DNA of 32,000 bases from Geotalea daltonii FRC-32 (GTDB lineage: Bacteria; Desulfobacterota; Desulfuromonadia; Geobacterales; Geobacteraceae): the NCBI RefSeq assembly GCF_000022265.1, contig NC_011979.1, positions 90,001 to 122,000 on the forward strand. Reading direction: 5' to 3'. Below the pieces are notes generated by a model. That model did no database searches. It worked only from the letters and a program-made list of their open reading frames with translations, and was not told where the DNA came from. Both the position numbers and the translations under genes were made by a program. Position 1 is the first letter of the stretch; every line of letters begins with the position of its first letter. Shown here piece after piece: positions 1 to 8,120 of this stretch.

Positions 1-971
1 GTGAAATGGGCGGGATGATAGAACTGGACCCCCCAGATGGTGCCCAGAACAAATGTATAGGCGAAGCCTGCCAGATTTAGGGGGCGCCACGAGCGATACC
101 AGGCGATGCCGACAATAATGGCGTTGAGCACGGCATAATAGCCGAAGAGAAAGGCGGGGCTACCGGTGCCGATGGACGCCAGGAGCGGCGCGATGAAGCC
201 ACCCGAGATGCCGAACAGGGCCAGGGTGCGGGAACTCTGCACAACGGCCAGGGTGCCGCAGAGGCCGGAGATTGCCACCAGCAAGATGAAGGAGGCGGTG
301 GGCGAAAGCAAGGCGAAGAGACGGAAGGCAGCGTAGGTGGTCAGGAAGAGAATGCCGATCCCGCCACCTTGTAGTGCCAGGGCATACTCAGCGCGACGGT
401 CGCGCAACCGCCAGCCGGTGCCGAGAAGTGCCAGGCCCCCCATGGCGGTCAGTACGAGGCGCAACTCGATGGGGAAGTGGCCATGGGCTGCGGCATATTT
501 GACCAGAAAGGAGACGCCGAAAAAGAGTATCACAATCCCCAACTTCACCAGCAGGTTGCCACCGGTAAAAAAGTTGGTGATGGCGTCCATGATCGGGGAT
601 GGTTCAGGTGGCGTCTCGGCGACATACACCGGCCGGGGCGGATGCACGGCAGGTGCAGGTTTCTGGACTGTTTGCGCAGCGGGTACAGGGCCCTTGACGG
701 GTGGGGAGGCCTTTGCCTGAGCCGGTTCAAAACCGGGTGCCGCTGCCATGGGCATGGTTGCCTCGGCCGTTACCTTTTCCTGGCGCTGTGTATGCTCTGC
801 TAGCTTGCGGCGCAGCCAGCCTACCTCCTTTTCCAGGGCCGCAAACTTCTCCCGCAGCTCTGTCAGGCTCCCCATTAGCCACCCAACACATGCACCGAAG
901 ATAGCGCCGGGAAAACGGTCCGTGGCCCCACCAATTACTGCGCCGATTAATACATAGAAAAGCGTAGGCAT
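1..971 (-). CDS. DUF2339-family integral membrane protein (5' part; continues beyond window start)
   Basis: Not in the supplied ORF track because it runs off the window. Manual reverse-strand translation from ATG at 971 is open to position 1. It reads MPTLFYVLIGAVIGG...LRRKLAEHTQRQEK (coiled-coil), then a Pro/Ala linker, then ...NFFTGGNLLVKLGIVILFFGVSFLVKYAAAHG followed by repeated TM helices, as typical of DUF2339. SD GGGAGGAG lies just upstream. Confidence 0.75.
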   Translation of the reverse strand, partial: MPTLFYVLIGAVIGGATDRFPGAIFGACVGWLMGSLTELREKFAALEKEVGWLRRKLAEHTQRQEKVTAEATMPMAAAPGFEPAQAKASPPVKGPVPAAQTVQKPAPAVHPPRPVYVAETPPEPSPIMDAITNFFTGGNLLVKLGIVILFFGVSFLVKYAAAHGHFPIELRLVLTAMGGLALLGTGWRLRDRRAEYALALQGGGIGILFLTTYAAFRLFALLSPTASFILLVAISGLCGTLAVVQSSRTLALFGISGGFIAPLLASIGTGSPAFLFGYYAVLNAIIVGIAWYRSWRPLNLAGFAYTFVLGTIWGVQFYHPAHF

Positions 972-984
972 AAAATGCTCCTCC

Positions 985-1161
985 CTAGCGCAGCATGACG
1001 CCGGTTCCCAAAGCCCGCTCCATGGCTCTGCGGATGCGATGGTACGACAGGGGCCGATGGGCCAGCCTTCGCCGATGCAGCGTGTAAAAGAGGGTGGTGG
1101 AAAAAACCAGGGCTAAGAATGGGAGAACAGCGACGGCGATATGGACGAGTAATGATTTCAT
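985..1161 (-). CDS. small (58 aa) single-pass membrane protein, hypothetical
   Basis: ATG at 1161 is preceded by GGGAGGTAACCC. Translation: MKSLLVHIAVAVLPFLALVFSTTLFYTLHRRRLAHRPLSYHRIRRAMERALGTGVMLR*. Hydrophobic N-terminus, basic tail. The stop lies 13 nt before the DUF2339 start. Below the ORF-track length cutoff. Confidence 0.4.
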   Translation of the reverse strand: MKSLLVHIAVAVLPFLALVFSTTLFYTLHRRRLAHRPLSYHRIRRAMERALGTGVMLR

Positions 1162-1297
1162 GGGTTACCTCCCTGTGATGCACTTGATGAAAGGTACATA
1201 GCAGGGAGGGTGCCAAGCTTTCTGGTTCTGCTAACTATCCGTTTTTCCTTTTCTTATTTGATTGGTGGTGGGGCTATTGATAGGGAGCTGATGAACA

Positions 1298-1370
1298 TGA
1301 TGTGCATTTTTTGTATGTATCCCATCATAAAATGTAGGCTAATTATCAATGACAAGAGGTGAGGTGGGCG
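1298..1370. repeat. copy A of ~73-bp imperfect direct repeat (partner at 6115-6187)
   Basis: Shared cores are GTGCATTT(T/A)TTGTAT, TCATAAAATGTA and GAGGT(G/A)AGGTGGG, in the same order and orientation as at 6115-6187. On the minus strand it reads as a promoter-like element (-35 CCTACA, 17 nt, -10 TACAAA) upstream of the small ORF/DUF2339 genes. Confidence 0.6.
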
Positions 1371-1395
1371 GGGAACCATTTTCTTTTTCCCCGCC
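1367..1395 (-). terminator. stem-loop downstream of S8 protease gene (no U-tract)
   Basis: GGCGGGGAA / TTCCCCGCC 9-bp stem with an 11-nt loop, about 26 nt after the protease stop codon. It lacks a following T-run, so intrinsic-terminator function is uncertain. Confidence 0.3.
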
Positions 1396-1420
1396 AGGGA
1401 CCACTGGCGTTTTCTATCCA

Positions 1421-4400
1421 CTACTTCAGCGTAATGTCACTGACGGTTAGTGTCCCGCTCTTGATGGTCAACACCGGGATGATTGCCGTTCCTGTAAGCG
1501 TAGTGAAGGATGAATCATACCCCCCCTGCAAGGTGAGGGAAACGGGCCTGTCCATTACCAGCGACTGGCCGAGGTTGAGATCCCGTGCCTTGATGATGCT
1601 CCCGTCCGGTGAGTCGGTAAGGGCTTCCTGGATATATGCGTAGCACGCGGAGGATACCATCGACCCGCATCCGTAATAGTAGGCATTGACCGAACGGTCT
1701 TCGCTCATTGTGAGCGTGCAGGTGGTGCCGTTGCTGCTGCAGGCGCCGCTCCAAAAACCGAAGTAGGAGGTGGCGCCGGGAGAGGCGGTGAGGGTTACTA
1801 CGGTGTCTACGCCGTATGTCTGAGTACAGCCGCCGGAGGTGCAGGAGATGTCGGGGGAGGGCGAAGAATGGACATTGCCAATCGTGAGGGGGAAGTTGAG
1901 GCTCAGTACGGCGCTCGTCCTGGTGAAGGTCGCTGTAGCATTCTTTACCGCATCCATGACGACGGTACAGCTGCCCGTGCCGCTGCAGGCACCTGACCAG
2001 CCGGTGAAAGCGAAACCCTTGGCGGGGGTCGCAGAGAGGGTGACGGTCGTGCCGCTGTTGTACGTTCCGCTGCACGTCCCGGTAGAGCAGTTGATGTCAG
2101 GGGTTGGCGTGGAATGGACGGTGCCGCTGCCGGAAATTGTTACGTCCAGCGAATATGTGGGGACAAAGGTCGCGGTGACGGCGCATAACTGGTTTGTCGT
2201 TATTACGCAGGAGCCGCCGCCGCTGCAGGCACCCGACCAGCCGGTAAAGGCGTAACCGGGGGCGGGGGTGGCACTGAGGGTGACGGTGGTGACGCTATTG
2301 AATGTCTGACTGCAGGTGCCGATTGAGCAGGCAATGTCGGGTCCAGGCGAGGAGTGCACGCTGCCGTTCCCCCATATGGTGACGCTCAGGATATACGAAG
2401 GAATGAAGGTGGCGGTAACCATGCGCGGTTGGTCCATCGTTACCGAACATGCTCCAAAACCGCTGCAGGCACCGGTCCAGCCGCCGAAGCCGGAGTCAGT
2501 GCCGGGGGAGGCGGTCAGGGTTACAACGGTGTTGCGGGTATACGACTGGCTGCAGGTGCCGCCGGAACAATTTAGGTCGGGGGAGGGTGAGGAATTGACG
2601 GTGCCGTTGCCGACCACGGTAACTCCAAGGGGCTGTGACGGCTCGTTCGCATCATAAACCATAAAGCTGGCGGTTTTAACTGCGTTCCAGCTCCCCTCCT
2701 TACGGCCGCTAAAATCGCGGGCCAGGAAGGAGATGGTGTAATTCCCGAGGGTCGTGGGGGTCCAGTGCAGGGTGCCGGTCCCGTTGCCGTTGTCGGTAAA
2801 TGTGGCCCCTTCGGGAAGTGCTGTTGCGGCGTCGGGCCAGGTCCCCCCGACGGCTGAAATATCCACTTTGTCCCCTTCGGGATCGGCGGCGGTCATCGTC
2901 AGCGAAAAGAGGGAGTTCAGTGCGACCGCCGTATCGCTCACCCCTCCGACTGTGGGAACGTCGTTGCGCACCATGACGAGCGGGTCCGCCCACCACTGGA
3001 CATGTCTTGTCCCAAAGCTCGGCCACATATTGTTGGTCGCCCCGGCGACGTAGTTGCTCGCGTAGAACGAGGTGGTGGCGGTAGCAATGTCGTAGGAGTA
3101 GAGATTTAATTTGGTCTCCCCGGTCTCGGAGCCGAAGGCGCTGAAAATGATGCTCGTCCCGTCAGTGGCATATGAGTATGGATGGGACGCATCGGTAACG
3201 TGGGTCTCCTGCTTCGTGATCTTGTTGAAGACATACATCGGGTACGTGAGGTTAAATTCGTTCTCCTCGGTCCAGACCACCACCCCTGAACCATTAAGGG
3301 CCTGTCTCACCGATCCGGCACCTCCCCCAACGACAGTCTTCACCACCTCGTTGACCCCTGTGCCCAGGTCGGTGAGGTTGATGGTGACGTCGTTGTTGCT
3401 TCCTCCCGGATACCACATGTTGGTGACCACGCTGTTGTCCTTCAGGTACACCCCCGACTGGGAAGGATCTCCCTGGGGCATGGCGTATTCCTGGGACAGG
3501 GTGTGAGTGTTCACATCGTAGACGTAGACCAGCAATCCATAGAATGCGGCGCGCCCCTGGTTGAGGAGAATCTTGCCGTTATCATAGGAAAGGATCGGGT
3601 AGAAAAAAGAATCCTCCACGACCAGTTCCCCTGTGGGGGAGATGGATCCCACACTCGTCTTGCCGTAGCTGTAATTCGTTTCGTACCAGACGATCTTGCC
3701 CCCGGTGAGGAAAATTTGATCGATCCACGCCCCTGTCTTCGTCGGGTCGGGGTAGATGGTGATGAGCCTGTTCGTGGCCCCGTCGTACACCTTGCCGATG
3801 TCGCGCTTCGTGCCGCTCTCCTGCTGCTGCGGTTCCGTTTCGATCCAGGAGAACCTGTCCCCCTCCGACTGAGGACCCCTCTTGCCGAGCTGACCCGTCG
3901 CCAGGATGTAAAACTTCGGGTCCTCCTTGAAAAAGAGGATCTCCTTCACGTCGGTGAACACCTCATTATCCGTAGTCGTCACTTCGAGCTTGAGGAGGTA
4001 ACTCTTCCCTGCCTGGAACAGCTCCGTGCTGAAGGTGGCCAGTACGCCTTCCGTTACCGCCTCGGTGGATTCCGATCCGAGGGGCTGCCATGAGCCAACG
4101 GTGGGGGTGTACGGGGTCTGCCCGAGGACCTTGTCGATGGGGGCGTAGAAGAGACGATACCCGGCGAACTTCGTGCCGTAGGCGTCTCCTTGTACGGTGA
4201 CGGTTCCCGGCTTGGTTACGTTGACCGACTTCATCGGTGAGGTGATCCGCACCCGCGGCACCGAGGTGACCGCCACCGCTTTTTTCGCGTTCAGGCGTCC
4301 TGTGCCGCTCAACAGGTCAAAGCCTGTGGATTCCATATCGTCAGCAGATACCCGCAGTGCCTGTGAAACATCGTCGGGGGTGAAGGTCGGATGCGCCGCC

Positions 4401-5923
4401 AGCACAAGGGCAGCGACACCCGAAGCGTTGGGGGCCGCCATGGAGGTGCCCCTGGCGCGGTAATAGTACGTGTCGACGATGCAGAGCCCGTCCTTATACA
4501 GGTCGGTGGAACCTGCCCTGAGGGAAAGGATGTTTCGCCCGATACGGTTTGAGGAAGTATCGTCGCTGCCGCCTCCCGGCGCCGCCACGTCAATGAGAGG
4601 GCCAAGGTTGCTGAAATAGCTCCGCGAATCCACTTCGGAGCTCGCCGCGACGGTAATCACGTTGTTCGACTGGTTCTGCGGCGAGTAGAGGGTGACATCT
4701 GCCTGGCTGTTTCCGGCGGCAAAGACGACGACGGCGCCGAGACCCCGGGCGTAGGCCACTGCATCCTCGGCAACGGCATTGGAGCTGCACGGACTGCTGC
4801 ACCCCCAGCTGTTGTTGATGACCTCGGCCCCGTTATACGCCGCGTATTTGATTGCCGCGGCAAGCCCTGCGGAACTACCGCTCCCCGTGTCGCTCAACCC
4901 CTTTACCGCCATGATCTTTGCCAGCGGTGCCACACCTACGATCCCCGTATTGTTGTCCCCCACCGCGGCGATCGTCCCAGAAACGTGGGTACCGTGACCG
5001 TGGCCGTCCATGGGATCGTTGTCGTTGTTATAAAAGTCCCACCCACGCACGTCGTCCACATAGCCGTTGCCGTCGTCGTCGATGCCGTTGCCCGGGATTT
5101 CTCTGCTGTTGGTCCAGATGTTCGTTGCCAGGTCCACATGGTTGTAATCGACCCCTGAATCAACGACGGCGACGACGATCCCCGCTCCCTTGGTCACATC
5201 CCACGCATCGGCCATCTGCATCTTCTTCAGTCCCCAGAGATCGTCATATCCCTGCCCCCAGCTGCTGAATGAGGCATAGAAAGGATCGTTGGGGATCCAT
5301 TGGGCTTCCATTCGGAAGTTCGGTTGGCAGTAGGCGATGCTCGGATCACGGGAATAGGCGGCGCACGCCACGTTCACGTCCGTCTCAGGGTCGACCTCGA
5401 CACGATATATGGAGCCCAGGTAGGGAAGGTCAGGGCCAGGAGCACCCGGCGGCAATCCCTTCTTTTTCAGCCGCTCTTCCCGAAGTGCCGCAACGTCCTT
5501 CCTGAACTTCTCCCGTTGCCGGCGGTGCCGGAGTTCCGCCGCCCCTGCATCCATCCGTCCGGAAGCGTTTAACGCGGGGGCCTCGCCAAAGACCCTGTGC
5601 ATGGCCTTTACCTTGTACCGACTGTTTAGCCTATCCAGGTTGCCGTCCCCGGTGACGGGGGCGAACGGCTGTCCCCCCTTCACCAGGTCGGCGGCGACCG
5701 CACCGACCGATGCGTCATCCCTGAACTTCAATATCAGCTCACCCTGCAGATGGTCCTGTCTTGGCTGGTTGTCGGGGAAGAGCAGGAAGGGGGCCCTCCC
5801 CCGTGTTGCCTGCACGGGAGCATCCTCCAGAGTTAAAGCAGAGCTTGTGGCGGGAAAAGCAATGAAGGAGGCAACAATGGCTGCTACGAAAAAGACTTGA
5901 GGAAGAATGCTATCGGGGCGCAT
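1421..5923 (-). CDS. secreted multidomain S8 (subtilisin-family) serine peptidase, 1500 aa
   Basis: Signal peptide MRPDSILPQVFFVAAIVASFIAFPATSSA. I9-like propeptide. Catalytic triad motifs VVDSGVDYNH, HGHGTHVSG and GTSMAAPNASG. After these come a long beta-rich region, an Ig-like segment (LHWTPTTLGNYTISFLARD), four ~80-aa Cys-containing InlB-B-type repeats (GNGTV.S.P..I.C....C...Y....V.L.A.P..G..F.GWSGACSG...C.V.M) and an 84-aa tail. SD GGAG lies before the ATG. Confidence 0.9.
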   Translation of the reverse strand: MRPDSILPQVFFVAAIVASFIAFPATSSALTLEDAPVQATRGRAPFLLFPDNQPRQDHLQGELILKFRDDASVGAVAADLVKGGQPFAPVTGDGNLDRLNSRYKVKAMHRVFGEAPALNASGRMDAGAAELRHRRQREKFRKDVAALREERLKKKGLPPGAPGPDLPYLGSIYRVEVDPETDVNVACAAYSRDPSIAYCQPNFRMEAQWIPNDPFYASFSSWGQGYDDLWGLKKMQMADAWDVTKGAGIVVAVVDSGVDYNHVDLATNIWTNSREIPGNGIDDDGNGYVDDVRGWDFYNNDNDPMDGHGHGTHVSGTIAAVGDNNTGIVGVAPLAKIMAVKGLSDTGSGSSAGLAAAIKYAAYNGAEVINNSWGCSSPCSSNAVAEDAVAYARGLGAVVVFAAGNSQADVTLYSPQNQSNNVITVAASSEVDSRSYFSNLGPLIDVAAPGGGSDDTSSNRIGRNILSLRAGSTDLYKDGLCIVDTYYYRARGTSMAAPNASGVAALVLAAHPTFTPDDVSQALRVSADDMESTGFDLLSGTGRLNAKKAVAVTSVPRVRITSPMKSVNVTKPGTVTVQGDAYGTKFAGYRLFYAPIDKVLGQTPYTPTVGSWQPLGSESTEAVTEGVLATFSTELFQAGKSYLLKLEVTTTDNEVFTDVKEILFFKEDPKFYILATGQLGKRGPQSEGDRFSWIETEPQQQESGTKRDIGKVYDGATNRLITIYPDPTKTGAWIDQIFLTGGKIVWYETNYSYGKTSVGSISPTGELVVEDSFFYPILSYDNGKILLNQGRAAFYGLLVYVYDVNTHTLSQEYAMPQGDPSQSGVYLKDNSVVTNMWYPGGSNNDVTINLTDLGTGVNEVVKTVVGGGAGSVRQALNGSGVVVWTEENEFNLTYPMYVFNKITKQETHVTDASHPYSYATDGTSIIFSAFGSETGETKLNLYSYDIATATTSFYASNYVAGATNNMWPSFGTRHVQWWADPLVMVRNDVPTVGGVSDTAVALNSLFSLTMTAADPEGDKVDISAVGGTWPDAATALPEGATFTDNGNGTGTLHWTPTTLGNYTISFLARDFSGRKEGSWNAVKTASFMVYDANEPSQPLGVTVVGNGTVNSSPSPDLNCSGGTCSQSYTRNTVVTLTASPGTDSGFGGWTGACSGFGACSVTMDQPRMVTATFIPSYILSVTIWGNGSVHSSPGPDIACSIGTCSQTFNSVTTVTLSATPAPGYAFTGWSGACSGGGSCVITTNQLCAVTATFVPTYSLDVTISGSGTVHSTPTPDINCSTGTCSGTYNSGTTVTLSATPAKGFAFTGWSGACSGTGSCTVVMDAVKNATATFTRTSAVLSLNFPLTIGNVHSSPSPDISCTSGGCTQTYGVDTVVTLTASPGATSYFGFWSGACSSNGTTCTLTMSEDRSVNAYYYGCGSMVSSACYAYIQEALTDSPDGSIIKARDLNLGQSLVMDRPVSLTLQGGYDSSFTTLTGTAIIPVLTIKSGTLTVSDITLK
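1676..2644 (-). repeat. four tandem ~240-bp coding repeats (divergent InlB B-repeat-like domains) inside the S8 protease gene
   Basis: The DNA motif CGCTGCAGGCACC(T/C/G)G(A/T)CCAGCC recurs at exactly 1981, 2221 and 2461 (240-nt period, 80 codons). A fourth, more divergent unit lies near 1741. The protein repeats align over their full length. Confidence 0.8.
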
Positions 5924-6114
5924 GTCATCTCCTTACAGTGAAGATAATGAAATATCTGGGCTATTTAACGGGGCAAGGCTGCCAGGTGGAGGGGGCATAA
6001 ATCTTATTCGCTGTATCAGCCACGGCGATTTCGCCAGCAATCTTCCCTATTCTCAGGGTCCGGTTCACATCCGAGTGCCTCGAGTTGGAAGTAGGGAGGG
6101 GAAGCTGAAGGATC

Positions 6115-6187
6115 TGTTGTGCATTTATTGTATATGTACCAGTCATAAAATGTAAATAATTCTTTAATTGTGAGGTAAGGTGGGGTG
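6115..6187. repeat. copy B of ~73-bp imperfect direct repeat (partner at 1298-1370)
   Basis: Same cores in the same order as copy A. It abuts the stop codon of the Fic gene (6190) and lies about 190 nt upstream of the S8 protease start. Confidence 0.6.
6127..6156 (-). promoter_or_regulatory. candidate sigma-70 promoter for S8 protease gene (inside repeat copy B)
   Basis: Minus strand: TTTACA (6156-6151), 18 nt spacer, TACAAT (6132-6127). Sequence-pattern call only. Confidence 0.35.
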
Positions 6188-6189
6188 TA

Positions 6190-7740
6190 CTATCTCTTCA
6201 ACCCAGGCAGATTGGCACTTTCCGTCATTGATTCGTAGATGAACTGGGCGAACGGTTTTAAATCACCACGAGAAGTAGCTGCATCGAGAGCAGTCATATA
6301 TTCCTTTCGTCTTTCCACATTTAGTACTGTCCATGGGAAGCCTCCGGATGCAAACATCACATTCATCAAGAACCGGCCAAGCCTACCATTTCCGTCCATG
6401 TAAGGATGGATATAAACGAAAATAAAGTGACCTAGAACTGCACGAACCGCGGCACTTGCTTCAGATTTCAGCAGGTCGCAAAGTTCGGGCATCATCTCCC
6501 GCACAGCTTCTTTGGAAGGAGGTACATGCGCCGCATTCTTTATATAAACCGGATAATTTCTATATCCTGCCAAATCCGCCGGCCGAAGTAACCCGGCTGT
6601 GACACTGGGTTCCCATAGCTTTCGATACCATGTGGCGTGATCCACCCGGTAGGCTTCACCTGGATTAACACCAGAAAATATTTTTCTTATTGTTTCTTTG
6701 ACCTCATTGTGCGCAAGCCAGTATCCCCGAGCAGCCATAGCGTTTTTAGCTTCCGAATCGGAGGCATTGACCTCAGGTCTCCAGTCGCCATTTGCAACCC
6801 GAAGTATAAGGTCATCGGAGACGCGATACCCTTCGATGGAGAGTGAATGATACGCATCATTCTTATATATGATCTCTAGATTTTCCATGAACTTCTCGAT
6901 GCTTGCAGGAGGGCCTGGCTCTTTAGGGAAAGTGGTTAAAACAGTATCGCGCATTTCTTTCCACATTAAGCGTATTCGAAGCACATAGGGAGATTGAGCT
7001 CTTTCAAACTTCAGCTCAGGAGTGACAACTGAAAATGGGTTGGTTTCTGCAACTGTATATCCTGCAGCACGTAATGTATTTATTAGCTCTTCTCCTGATT
7101 CTTCTCTCCCTATTACGCGGAGAGCTCCTGCGAGACGGCCGGCTATAGAGCTATGTCCCCCCTCCAAAAGATCACCAAATAGCTCCGATGGGTCAAGCTG
7201 ATGTAGAGCGATTTGGGCATCCCGTGGGAAATTTTTAAAAAACGCTTCAGATACACGGATGAGTGCGAGGGTAAGTGGCATTACACGAATGCCGCCAATT
7301 ATCTGCTTCCTCTGCTCAGGCCATTCCTCGTTTTTACGGTAATCAAGTATCGAACATCCTGCTGGTAACTGGATCACGCCATTGGTGGCTTTAGGCGAAT
7401 AAATGGTTACCTGATTGGGAGTTATGGTATTTCCTGCGTGTAACAATATTGAGTATTCAGGGGAAGCATGCCATTTATCTCCAAATCGGTCATCGCAGTA
7501 CTCCCTGATGAAGTCTTTCGCAACTGCATACCATGATGTTGTATCTCCCGGATCTTCATCCGGACGAGAAGGCATATACCACCCTCTAATTATCTGCCTC
7601 AAGAAACCGTTTTTGAGGAGTGCTTCCCGTTGCAACCGCGTTAAATCACCTGTTTTGATGACAGTTTTGCCCGAATCTTGCAGCTTCTTTAACGCCTTAA
7701 GCGCTTCAGCGAGTTGTCGTTGTGCAGGACTTACTTTCAC
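6190..7740 (-). CDS. fic: Fic-domain protein (AMPylase family) with AbiEi-like N-terminal region, 516 aa
   Basis: Fic core HPYMDGNGRLGR. An upstream intramolecular inhibitory motif SLSIEG matches (S/T)xxxE(G/N), indicating class II. The N-terminus GKTVIKTGDLTRLQREALLKNGFLRQIIRGWYMP and SPEYSILLHAGNTITPNQVTIYSP resemble the AbiEi wHTH and following domain. GTG start with GAGGA 4 nt upstream. The gene and its flanks are visibly AT-richer than the neighbours. Confidence 0.85.
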   Translation of the reverse strand: MKVSPAQRQLAEALKALKKLQDSGKTVIKTGDLTRLQREALLKNGFLRQIIRGWYMPSRPDEDPGDTTSWYAVAKDFIREYCDDRFGDKWHASPEYSILLHAGNTITPNQVTIYSPKATNGVIQLPAGCSILDYRKNEEWPEQRKQIIGGIRVMPLTLALIRVSEAFFKNFPRDAQIALHQLDPSELFGDLLEGGHSSIAGRLAGALRVIGREESGEELINTLRAAGYTVAETNPFSVVTPELKFERAQSPYVLRIRLMWKEMRDTVLTTFPKEPGPPASIEKFMENLEIIYKNDAYHSLSIEGYRVSDDLILRVANGDWRPEVNASDSEAKNAMAARGYWLAHNEVKETIRKIFSGVNPGEAYRVDHATWYRKLWEPSVTAGLLRPADLAGYRNYPVYIKNAAHVPPSKEAVREMMPELCDLLKSEASAAVRAVLGHFIFVYIHPYMDGNGRLGRFLMNVMFASGGFPWTVLNVERRKEYMTALDAATSRGDLKPFAQFIYESMTESANLPGLKR

Positions 7741-7912
7741 TTGTTCCTCGGGGTCTTTCCGGTTTGCATACTTGAGATAAAGAAAATATTATCAAAAAAT
7801 ATGGATACATGTTGTAATAAAAATATGATTTCATGTAAAGATAAAAATATGGTTTGATGACATGCCAATTATATGAAATGATGCTCAGTGGCGGCGGAGC
7901 CTTGACAGCCAA
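7706..7912 (-). CDS. hypothetical 68-codon ORF with Tyr/Phe-rich octad repeats (doubtful)
   Basis: TTG start 6 nt after GGAGG (7923-7919). It stays open through a very AT-rich stretch. The 24-bp DNA repeats translate in frame as KPYFYLYM/KSYFYYNM/YPYFLIIF. It overlaps the Fic start by 35 nt in another frame. Confidence 0.2.
   Translation of the reverse strand: MAVKAPPPLSIISYNWHVIKPYFYLYMKSYFYYNMYPYFLIIFSLSQVCKPERPRGTSESKSCTTTTR
7795..7883. promoter_or_regulatory. three 24-bp-phased AT-rich direct repeats plus one inverted copy upstream of the Fic gene
   Basis: AAAAATATG(G/A)(A/T)T..CATG units occur with AATATG at 7798, 7822 and 7846. ATGAAATGAT at 7873-7882 matches the reverse complement of ATGATTTCAT (7825-7834) at 9 of 10 positions. 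Confidence 0.4.
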
Positions 7913-8120
7913 TTGCTACCTCCTTATCCCTTTGGACTGTCGTTTCACCGTCATACAGCACCACTCCGGTCGTCTGATTGCAAATATCGGTGTTGCCGCT
8001 CTTTAGTTTACGCATAGATAGCCAGCTTCTTGCGGATTCACTTTATCGTGGATTTGCAAGAAATTGAGTCTCAGCCTGTATTCCGGTGCAAACACAAATT
8101 TACCCATAAATACCCAACTT

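Noticed and set aside
337-957. Plus-strand ORFs at 337-720, 477-803, 701-904 and 748-957
   Set aside because: All overlap the minus-strand DUF2339 gene, which has a clear family signature and SD. Their products are Arg/Pro/Ala-rich with no motifs.
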